DNA of 64,000 bases, from NCBI GenBank assembly GCA_964016885.1, contig OZ024760.1, positions 20,274,001-20,338,000 of the forward strand, given 5' to 3'. The notes under the pieces are model-generated. The model searched no databases, was not told the origin of the DNA, and saw nothing but the letters and a program-made list of their open reading frames with translations. Positions within the stretch are counted from its first letter, which is position 1, and each line of letters starts with the position of its first letter. This document shows, piece by piece, positions 52,901 to 64,000 of the stretch. The stretch is from Eledone cirrhosa. Taxonomy: Eukaryota. The translations under genes were made by a program, and so were the position numbers.

Positions 52901-53440
52901 GAAGAGGATTCTAGGCTTGTACTGGACCCATGCGGCTGTTCTTTTTTAGGCAACGCATACCCTTCATCACTGGACCACTTACGGGATTTCTTTTTTTTCT
53001 TACCCGCTGACGACAGGCGCCGCCGTTTCTCAGGTTTTGGCCCATCACTCGAGTTATCTGAGTCGTCACCGTCAGCTCGTTTCTCTGTGTGTTTCTTCTT
53101 TTTCTTCTTCTTCTTCTTGCTGCTGCGTTCATCGTGTTTCGCCTCCTTGTCACTCTCGGCATAATCTACGAGGCTCTTGAGGAGATTCCCCTTCTCCGAG
53201 CTGGCAGAGTCTCTGTCTCCACTCTTCCGGTTTGATGTGTCTGTAGAATCTCGACCCCGTGAAGACCTGGAAGAACTTCCGCGATCCCTCCCGTCATCTC
53301 GGTCCTCTCGCCTCTCTCTCTTTGATGAGGACAAGTTCGGATATTTCTTCTTCTCTCTCCGATCTCTGTCCGACCTACTGTCATCAGATGTGTCAATGTA
53401 ACGCTTTCGGCTATCCTTCTTTACAGAATCTCCCTGTGAA
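49991..53440 (-). CDS. CWC22: CWC22 giant 3.45 kb exon: R/S/D/E/K-rich N-terminal region ending in TRTGGAYIPPARLKMMQ
   Basis: Uninterrupted ORF; conserved CWC22 motif TRTGGAYIPPAxLxMMQ; polypyrimidine/CCAG acceptor at 53441, GTAATT donor. Phase-2 start implies an unidentified upstream exon. Confidence 0.9.
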
Positions 53441-53741
53441 CTGGAAAGATAAAGAAAAACAACCAATCAAAACAGATAAACATATATTAATCATAGAGAC
53501 ACACACATATATATATATATACTAGCACAACATATACAAACACACACACACACACACACACATATATACAAATACATACACAACATTTACAAACACACAT
53601 ACATATCATCATCATCATCATCATCACCGTTTTACGTCCGTTCTTCCACGCAAGCATGGGTTAGACGGGTTGTCCTGTTGTGTGCAGTGTCTGGTCGGCT
53701 GACCATGCCTTGCTCATACAGGAACTGATATATATATATAT

Positions 53742-54129
53742 AATACGATATATTAACAAATGGAAACTATATTTATAAAGCCATATTTATTTCATTATAC
53801 ATATTTCAAGGACACCAAGTCAAATTATGGTGCACTTTCATCAGATAAAATATAATATAGATCAAGTTTTATAAATAAATATTGACATACCCTTATAGAA
53901 TGCGACCATATTATATTAGAATGCGATCTATATTATATTTTATCTGATGAAAGCGCACCATAATTTGACTTGGTGTCCTTGAAATATGTATAATGAAATA
54001 AATATGGTTTTATAAATATAGTTTCCATTTGTTAATATATCGTATTTTTACTCCAAAAATTTGTTGAATGCTTTATATCAGTTATAAAAATATTTGCTTG
54101 TTGTATCCCAACAATTTAAATATAACTTC

Positions 54130-54131
<2 letters not shown>
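53742..54131. mobile_element. Fold-back element in (TA)n, family A-related, opposite orientation
   Basis: Inverted repeat about 53742-54046 plus a tail homologous to the reverse complement of 8396-8482. Confidence 0.7.
53930..54005 (+). ncRNA. Type I hammerhead ribozyme motif (family A, diverged subfamily); mirror copy in left arm
   Basis: CTGATGA 53944-53950, stem II AAGcGCACCA/TGGTGTcCTT, GAAA 53981-53984, stem I TATTTTAT/ATGAAATA. Confidence 0.72.
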
Positions 54132-54203
<72 letters not shown>

Positions 54204-54444
54204 TACACATATATATGCAGGTTACTACAATGAATACCAGTCTATAAAATCTGGGGTCAATTAACCTTTCTGTAGCCTTATTTCTAATGAAACCCACTAA
54301 ATTATTTAGAGAAGAATTTTGGGGAATTCACTAAAAATATTAATTATTGCATTATTAAGATGGTATTTGTAACATAACATATATATATACATATGAATTA
54401 TTAGCTAAAGTTTTATCATTACAATATTGCCGAGTGTCTTGGTA

Positions 54445-55030
54445 TTTTAGAATAGGTACACTGTATCCCTGATGTCATATTGTCCTGTTTCCTGGTTTAG
54501 AATAGGTACATTATATCCATACATGTCATATTGCCATGTTTCCTGGTTTAGAATAGGTACATTATATCCCTGCATGTCATATTGTCCTGTTTCCTGGTTT
54601 AGAATAGGTACACTGTATCCCTGATGTCATATTGTCCTGTTTCCTGGTTTAGAATAGGTACACTGTATCCCTGATGTCATATTGTCCTGTTTCCTGGTTT
54701 AGAATAGGTACACTGTATCCCTACATGTCATATTCTCATGTTTCCTGGTTTAGAATAGGTACATTATATCCCTGCATGTCATATTGTCCTGTTTCCTGGT
54801 TCAGAATAAGTACATTGTTTCCCTACATGTCATATTGTCCTGTTTCCTGGTTTAGAATTGTATCCCTACATGTCATATTGTCCTGATTCCTGGCTTTGAA
54901 TGGTATACTGTGTACCTGCATGTAGAAGTGATGTGTATCCCAGTTTTTAGAATAGGTACACTGTATCCCTGTATGCCGTAGTCACGTGTGTCCTAGTGTA
55001 TTAGAATAGGTACACCATATCCCTACATGC
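54445..55030. repeat. Minisatellite of about 50 bp
   Basis: TTTAGAATAGGTACACTGTATCCCTGATGTCATATTGTCCTGTTTCCTGG, about 11 copies. Confidence 0.92.
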
Positions 55031-57096
55031 CATAAGAGGTTGGCATGAGGAAGGACATATGGCAGTGAAACACTGCCTATCCAGTCTAGCTCATGCCAGT
55101 ATGGTCAAGTGGACATAAAAAAATGCTGAATCAACATTATCATCATTGTTTAACTCTTTCATGGCTGCATTTCTAATGAAATAAACTCTATTTTAATTAA
55201 TTAATGAAGAATTTAAAGGGATTTACTAAAATTATTAATTATTTCTAAGATAGTAACTTAATGCAAGGTTCTTATATAAAATTATGTTGGAAGATTTTAA
55301 TTTAAACTGGAAACCTTTAAAATGGGTGACTTTATTTCACAGAACCAGAGCGGGTTTTAGCCAGGTGGGTTTCGTACATTTTCCCCGCATGCATGGGTTA
55401 AACCGGTTGTCCCATTACGGGACAAAACAAGTCAGGTCAGGTCAGGAGACCATGTCTTGCTCATAAGGATCTGTATTCTTAGTAATACAAACAGAATGCA
55501 GAAAGAAACAATAGTAATGATTACCTCGTATATGTTTACTAAAATCAATCAAAACTTTGTGGACATAGCAAACAGCCAGAGAAACACCTGTCCATTGAAG
55601 CTAACATACTTTACATTTTCAAAGAAATCAATAGATATAAATTTGTAAATACATCGTCATGATTTCAAACATATGCTTGGAAAAACAGGCACAAAACTTA
55701 TAATGATGAGGACCTTTGTTAAACAGTGGCGAAAAGGTTGCACACCAGTAAAATAACACTTTGCTATAATATATTATTGTTGCTCTTATATAAACTGTTT
55801 TTTCTCGTGGTTAGGATGGTGTGTGACTTTTGCACCACTCTATATATTGTTATTATCATAGTCTAAACCTTTAGCATTTAAAACGGCCGTATCCAGCTAG
55901 AATTCCCTGCCCTCTTTCAGTTGAAACCAGCTGTAACCGACTGCTCATACTGATTTTAAGGTATTATTCTCAAAATAAATATTATTAAAATCTCATAGAT
56001 TCGATATTACACGAAAATACAACAGTAAATATAGAGTAATGTAAATGCTAAACGGTTAATGTCGACTTTCCCTGCTAGCAAGGGCAAGAAGAGTCGTTAA
56101 CCAACCAAGTCAGTATTCAAATGGAAATACTGAATGAACAAGGAGCCCATATTTCACTTCCAAGTGTTTCTCCAATCTACTTATATACTATACCACATAT
56201 TACCGAGTGCATTTTATTATTGCACTAACACTAGGGAACTTATTTCCTTGAAACAGTTGAAAAGTCTCCCTAGTCCATTTTTCCATGCTTGCATGGGTTA
56301 GACAGGTCGTCCACATCATGAGACAAATCTGGGCAGCTGGCCACGCCATAACTTTATCAGACGAAACTATAAATTTGGCCAGGATTTTTACAGCTGGATG
56401 CTCTTCCTGTGGTTGTGTAGGAGACATGGTAAAAAGGCTCCCAGTCCACACTGTAAATGTGGTTAGCGTTAGGAAAGGCATCCAGCCGTAGAAAACCTGC
56501 CAGAAACAGTTCTATTCAAGCGAGACACGGTCACCCGACCAATCTTGCCTCAAGTGGGACAAACCCGTCCAACCCATGCTAGTGTGGAAGATGGACGTTA
56601 AACGATGATGATGACATACAGAGCGAGAGAAACATACATCCATATACACAATATATATATATAGGCACACGTGTGTGTTTTATACATAAGACATACTCAA
56701 AGACTCAGTAGACAATTTGGTAAGGAAGGAAGAAAATAGATGAAAGGTTAAGGTAAACTATATATATTCATTTCATTTTACGTCCGCTTTTTCCCTGCTT
56801 GCAAAGGTGGGACGGAAACTGATTCTGGCTTGATTTCTACAGCTGGATGCCCTTCCTAACACCAACCTCATTTACAGTGAGTGCTGGGTGCTTTTTTGCC
56901 GTGGCACCTCCACGACCACTTTGCAGTGGAATATGGACCCCAGTTCCTATCATCTCATTTCTACAGCTGAGTAAACTGGAGCAATGTGAAATAAAGTGTC
57001 TTGCTCAAGGAAACAACACATCAACTGGTCTGAGAATTGAACTCACAACCTTTTGATTGCAAGGCCACTCTAACCACTAAGCCATGTGCCTCCAAA

Positions 57097-57137
<41 letters not shown>

Positions 57138-58791
57138 TACTAATAGGAAGGTAGGTAGCAAGAGATACTAATATAACTACAACAACAATTGCATAAGAAG
57201 TAATGCTTTCTGACATAGGCACAAGGCCAGCAATTTTGAGGGAGGGGAAAGTCGATTACATCAACTGCAGATGAAATGATGTTTTCTTTTGGTTACAGGT
57301 GGAGGCAGAGGGATGAATAATAGGAAGTTTTGACTTTCATTCATTCCGACAAACATCAATGGTTTGTCTAGTGGCACATTGAATAATGTAGCTCTAGGTA
57401 TAGTGTGTGTGAAGGATAACCAATGGTTTGTCTTGTCTTTTAACAAAAATAGTGTGGCACTTTGAATAATGTAGCTCTAGGTATACTGTGTATGAAGGAG
57501 AATAAGACGAGACTGTCACGACCGGAACTAGGCAGAAAGAAAGAGTTATTACTAGTACTAAGAAAAATGCTATGGGTTATTCATGCAAATATATTTCATT
57601 TTTGTCTACAAAAATTGTCCCTATGCTTAATGAAACGAAATTATTTCAGTTATCATCATCGTTTTTTCGCATGCTTGCATGGGTTGGACAAATACATACT
57701 TTGAAATTTACGCTTAAATGAAGACTAAAACTCTCAGTTTGGCTCCAGGTCAACCTTGAGCAAGCACAGACATGTCAGACGTGTATTAGTTATTTCTTAT
57801 TCCTTGTCTTTTAGCTACATCGCGAATATGTCCTTCCTTCTGTTTGTTTTAAAAAGACAAAAAGACCTGACTGACTGCTATTTCTAGCAGGTCGAGCGAC
57901 CACGTCGACCTAGTCCTTATACACACAAAAACATTATATATATATATATAGGGAGAGAGAGAGAGAATTAGTTACAACAGTGACATTTACAGGTACTTAA
58001 ATTTCGTTGGGCGATACAGCTGGTTATAAAAACTGGGTGTCCCAAAGAAATGTATACATACATACTTCGATTGCATTCTAATAAATATTACCTGTACAGG
58101 TAATCAAAGAGTGTATATATTTTTGGGACACACCCTGTGTGTGTATATATATATATATATATATGAATATAGTAAGCGGGGGCAAACAGATAGAAAAAGG
58201 TAGTGAAAACAACCTACAAGTTTTACAGTAATTTTAATTAAAAATGGTTGTTAAATTAATAATTAGCACAATAGCAAAACACTTAGGATTGCAGTCATAT
58301 TGATGGCGTGGGGTTTCTCACATCAGAACCTTAATAAATTCTAAGAGTTCTTCATACTGGCGTATTATTATTAGAGATCCGAGTTCACATCTCGCTCAGG
58401 TTAACTTTACCTTTCATTCTTAGAGTCGATAAAATAACGTACCAGTAACGCACTGAGGCAGATTTATTCGACTTTACCTTTCCCCAAAAATTGTTGGTCT
58501 TGAGCCTAAATCTGAAACTAGTATTAATTTTAGTTTTTATTTTAAAGGGGATATTCCTGGAGGCACACACGTGTGTGTATAAAGAAACGTTTCGTTACAA
58601 TACAAGCAGTACACATCTACATCTATTGAGTACAGTTTAGTTTCTCCAAGCATACACACATACATACATATATATATATATACACACACACATAAACATA
58701 CATATAACCGGATGTATGATTTAAACCAATTTATCTGGTTCCAACTAACCAAATTACAAACAGTATATATATATATATATATATGTGTGTA

Positions 58792-58837
<46 letters not shown>

Positions 58838-59305
58838 TAAATATATATTCACACATACATGTAGTTGAGTGTGTGTTGTAGCAGGTTGTTATGGCTAACA
58901 CAAACAAAGAGAGAGAGAGAGAGAGAGAATCTACAACACTAAATTAATATATATGTATCGGGTTCGATCGGGGGTAACCACAATAAGTAAGGAACTCAAT
59001 ACATAATAGAGTATATAATGTTTAATATAGAAATGGCTTCTACAGGACTAGAACTGTTTCATGCGAAGGAAATCATTATATACAGATATATATATGTATA
59101 TATAGAGAGAGAGAGAGAGACAGATATATGTATGAAGAAATTCAACATTAACTCCGTATAGTAATAAATCTACGTCAAATTTCCTAATTTTATAAATTAC
59201 ATTAGATCTCCAACCACCATATCATCATCATCATCATCATCACCACGTACATAAATGTAGAGGTGGGGGGGGGGAAGAATTATAGATATTTGCATATATT
59301 TAGAA

Positions 59306-59360
<55 letters not shown>

Positions 59361-60466
59361 ACGGACATCTTTCTATTTACATGTTTAATTTTAACCTTTT
59401 GCTTGTCTCAGAACAGGGGCAGATAATTTCAGGGGAGATTGTAATTATTATTAATATTAATAACATTATAATTATTAGTATTAGTAGTTCTAACCCCGCC
59501 GATGTTAACTTTGCTTTCCATCCTTATGGGGGGTCGACAAAATAATGTACCAGTAACACACTGAGGTCGATTTAGGTGACTTTCCCCCTCCTTCCACTTC
59601 ATAATGCTGGCCTTGAGCCTAAATCAGAAACCATTATTGGTGCCAATCTGAGTTGAAATCCCGCCGAGGTTAACTTTGCCTTTCATCCTTACAGGGTCGA
59701 TAAAATAAAGTACCAGTAATACACTGAGATATTTGTTGGCCTTGTGCCAAAAGTAGAAGCAATTATTGGTAGTAATAGTAGTATTAGTGGTTGTGGTGGT
59801 AGTGGTAGTAGTAGTAGTATTTACGTATCTAAAGACTTTAAACATTGCAACACACACATATATATATATATATATATAATGTATTGTATATATATATATA
59901 TATATATATAACACACACATATATAACACACACACATATATATATATATATAAACGCATGCCACATATATATATACCTACAAATATACAGACAGCTCATG
60001 TGACAAAAAAATAAACATAACTAAACAGTAGCAATCGTAGTAGTAGTAGTAATAGTAGCAACGGTAATAGTAACACTAATAGTAGTAAAAATTAGCTAAA
60101 ATATTCACACAGAGTTTGTGTGCGTTCGGCCATACATGTGCGTGTTTCAAAAAAGGACAGCATGTGAGTGTATCATGACACATAGTCGGGGATCACTTTC
60201 GAAGTGTACTCATGTGGTATTCCGGACCCCCAATTTGTGACCACCTCTCATTTCATTACATCGAAAACATTTCCTTCTAATCTACTAAACTAAGAGATGT
60301 ATAGAAATCACGTACACACACATGTGTATATATATATATAAGCACGTCTATTCCTTTATCAGTAAATATATATATATATATATATTTATACACATGATAA
60401 ATAAATAGTGATAATATATATATATATATATATAAATAGTATGTGTGTATATATATTAACCCTCAC

Positions 60467-60500
<34 letters not shown>

Positions 60501-60929
60501 GTGTGTTCATATATACACATAATTTAGCCTTAACTATTCATATATACATATATATCAATAGATTTCTCAACCAACAAACTTTATCAGTGTTTGATATATA
60601 TATATATATAAATCTATATATATTCTACACTATCAAATAAAAACAAAATCTCTCAAAGATATAATATTGATAATAAAACCCTAACAAATCTTGCACCCAT
60701 GTTTAATAAGTTGTTGTAGAGATCATATTTTCGCCATTCAACTCACACACACAATATATATATATATATATATTCGCACAATGAATCTCTCGTATATATA
60801 CTACTCTCACTATATATATACATTACGTACACACATATATATGTACAAACTACTCAATCTCTCACTATGTATATATATATTGATAAGATTCAGAGTATTG
60901 TTTGTGTGTGTGTATATATATTTATACAG

Positions 60930-60979
<50 letters not shown>

Positions 60980-61231
60980 GTGTGTGTGTGTATGCAACGT
61001 CACAGTTTTGGTGGGAAATGGGGCCGAGGGGGATTTCCCTGTGACAAGTTTTAATTTTAATCTAGCAAGGACCAGGACATGGGGTTAAGAAGTCCCTAAA
61101 ATGTCCTGGTTTCTACTAAAATATCTAAAACAAAAACTACAAAGGAGAGTCTTCTAATTATTACTCTCGTTTAATTTGCGAATGGTTTATGTATAATAAT
61201 AGGTAGATATATATGTACTTCCTTCCACTTT

Positions 61232-61262
<31 letters not shown>

Positions 61263-63169
61263 ATTTATGAGCTGTATATGTATATATATAAATACATACA
61301 CACACATATTTTTATATTCTGTATATATATGTATGTATTTATGCGTATATATATATATGTTTATCCCGGGTTCAATGGACAACAGCAATAACAGAAACAA
61401 AACACAAAGAAAAGCTGTTATTTCGCTGGCATTGATATTATTGCGGCTTCTTCCTTGAAGAGATTAAAGCAATATAAATACAATAGGAATTTCTATCATG
61501 TCCATTTTGTCCCCCAATTTCTAGTTGGTTCGTTGATGGTGGAGGGGAACTGTTACAAGAAAGAATATTATAAAAGGAAGACGAATGAGAGATCGGCCAT
61601 CTGTGTCGTGTGAGGAAGAGAAAACACGGGAGGGGGACCCTGAGAGGCGGTCTTGTAAACATGGGCAGAGGACAAAATGTTGAAACTTTAAACTATTATA
61701 TAGAAATAATCAACAGAGCTATCACTTAGAAATACATATACATGTATATATAATATATACAGGTGTGTATATATGTTATATATATATAAGTATATATATG
61801 TGTGAAACCAACCTTCGAGAAAGCGTCATCATTGAGATCTTGGTGCATGTGTATGCTATATCTATGTGTGCATTTATGTAAGTATATGAATGAAAGACGA
61901 CACACAGACAGATCTGGTCGTCTGTGTCTTGCAAGAGTTATCTCACCTTCGTGCCATATATTATCACTAGGCGACACCACAGTCGACCATGTCCCTGTTC
62001 AAATCTCGTTTTACATGAAACCACTTCGTTTCAATTTAATTTTCATTTTCTTTATTTTTTTTGTCGCTTCCTCTTATTTTCGTATTTATTTTTAATTTAT
62101 TTCCTCATTAAACATGTTTAAAAAAATATAAATAATAATAATTGTTTCTACTTTTGGCACAAGGCCAGCAATTATACCAGTCATTACTGGTGTTTTGTTT
62201 TATCGACCGCAGAAGGATGAAAGGCTAATTTAACCTGGCGGGATTTGAACTCAGAACGTAAAGGGCCATAACTCCTAAAGTCACTTGAAAAAATTGTCTT
62301 CTTGCCTATATATATATGTGTGTGATAACGCTGTGATAAACAGGCGAAACTCCAAAAGTAACAAGACTCACTATTTAGCTTTAATATAGTGAATATTTAA
62401 AACTCTACTTCGGTATCGAGTACTCTTTTCTCTCAGCCGTCAACCACATACGGATCTCTCTCTCTCTCCATATATATATATATATATGGAGATATATATA
62501 GAGATAGATAAACCCCCATGAGATAGGGCGAGCAGCACTACCAAAGAAAAAAAAAATAGAAAATTGAAGTTAATATTTGGTTAAGTTTGCCGTTTAGAAA
62601 GACAAACTGGCCATGGATTGTCCATTACTGCCGTAAAAATGGGTGAAAAGCTGAAGTGGAATTAATTATCTTAGGGAACAGGCCATAGATGTACGACGAA
62701 ACCTTTCAATACTTTATAATATACAGTACTAAAGAGTTATAAAATAGTCGTATGTGTGTTTTAAACGGCTAATGTGACTCTTCCACATCATGACATCATA
62801 GCCACAATAAGTTATTTTTTCTCTTACTCTTTACACATATATTTATTTGTTGTATTAGTAAAGTTATGGCATTGTTCTTTAACCCCTGGCGGAGTCTTGG
62901 GACAGCGTAGTGATATGGTGTATCTTCAGCGTTTCTAAACCTCGTGGAGCCCATCCCTTTCAGTCTGAAAACAGCCAACTTCTATTATAGACAGAATCAA
63001 ACCAATTACTGAACTGGTGATATATTTATTGCGCTCAAAAAGATGAAAGGCAATGTTGACAATGGCAGGATTTGAACTCCAATCACAGAGAGCCGGAATA
63101 AATACCACATAGCTTTCTCACTGACGCTATAATAACTCTGCCAATTCACAGCTCATGTTAGTGAACTAT

Positions 63170-63750
63170 GAGGTTTAATTTCACAGCAAGGAGGCTGAAT
63201 TAAGTGCAAGAATTGCAGGAGCTGATGTAGTAATGTACCAGTTTCAGTGCTCAATAATCAAAAGGCAAATAGGTGTAAAAGCCAAGTTTGTTATCTTCAA
63301 TTCGCTATTCGTGATAATCTTTACCTATGGTCATGAATCTTAGATAATGACTGAAAGAATATGATTGTGAATATGAGCAGCCCAAATGGGATTCCCCAAA
63401 AGGTCTTGGAATAATATTACTCAATAGAGTGTATAACTCAGAGATGAGAAATTCATTCCAATTAGAGCCACTACTTCTCTGAATTGAGAGTTCACAGCTC
63501 TGATACTATGGGCATGTGGTTAGAATGTCTCAGGAAAAAATCGCTGGACAGATTTTATGGGCAAAACCAACTGGCAGGAGACCCAGGCGTAGACCCACCC
63601 CAAGCAAGATGGTTGGATAACATCCATGAGCTTGGCTGGTCACACTTGGGGATCCAGCTGGATCATTTGGAGACGGTTACTTCTGACAGGATCCACTGAA
63701 AGGAGTGTTTGAGGAGTCTATCTCCACGAATCCCCAGAACAAGTGAGCGA
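63170..63750 (+). mobile_element. Degenerate RTE-like LINE 3' fragment; related copy at about 29570-29890
   Basis: Remnant TYGHES and LLLRIESSQLxYYGHVVRM; high similarity between the two copies. Confidence 0.7.
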
Positions 63751-64000
63751 AGAAGTTTGTGAGGGGTAACCTACTGCCACTTACTTTTACATATCAAATA
63801 GCTATCGCATAGTACAGCCAATAATGGTTTCTGATTAAGGCACAAGGCCATCAATTTTTTTTGTGGGAAAAGTTGATTAATTCAATCGCAGTGCGTTACT
63901 GCTGCTTTATTTTATCAATCCCACAAGGATGACGAAAGGCAAAGCTAGCCTCGGTAGAATTTTAACTCAGAACGTAAAGGAATGTAACTCTATGCTACAA

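Noticed and set aside
60150-61670. Unique-looking segments as candidate CWC22 start exon or promoter
   Set aside because: The ATGs I checked hit early stops and I could not find a convincing phase-2 donor; left unassigned.
62880-62980. CTGAAGA on the minus strand in a repeat related to 7200-7262
   Set aside because: No downstream stem II, GAAA and UH arrangement, so not called a hammerhead.

Overview
Eukaryotic, AT- and microsatellite-rich animal DNA. The SINE/RTE repeat complement suggests a coleoid cephalopod (Octopus-like), which is an inference. Two intron-rich genes lie on the minus strand: the first four coding exons of BTBD9 (15277 down to 14, continuing past the window start) and 17 in-phase coding exons of the splicing factor CWC22 (53440 down to 23218; start exon not identified; about 2,130 aa with very long low-complexity tails). 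Most ORFs in the supplied track are microsatellite or minisatellite artefacts. Introns and intergenic DNA carry tRNA-derived SINEs, RTE and CR1/L2-like LINE fragments, TTAA- and TA-flanked MITEs, one non-autonomous Helitron and many minisatellites. The most striking signal is a set of 150-600 bp fold-back (palindromic) inserts sitting in (TA)n tracts. They belong to at least five sequence families, and several carry recognisable type I hammerhead ribozymes (CUGANGA...GAAA...UH, with stem covariation between copies) reading outward from the fold-back centre. This resembles truncated, inverted pLTRs of Penelope-like elements or retrozyme-like elements. A second recurring oddity is local tandem duplication of exon 3' ends together with their splice donors, seen at four exons. 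Coordinates were read by eye; repeat boundaries are approximate.
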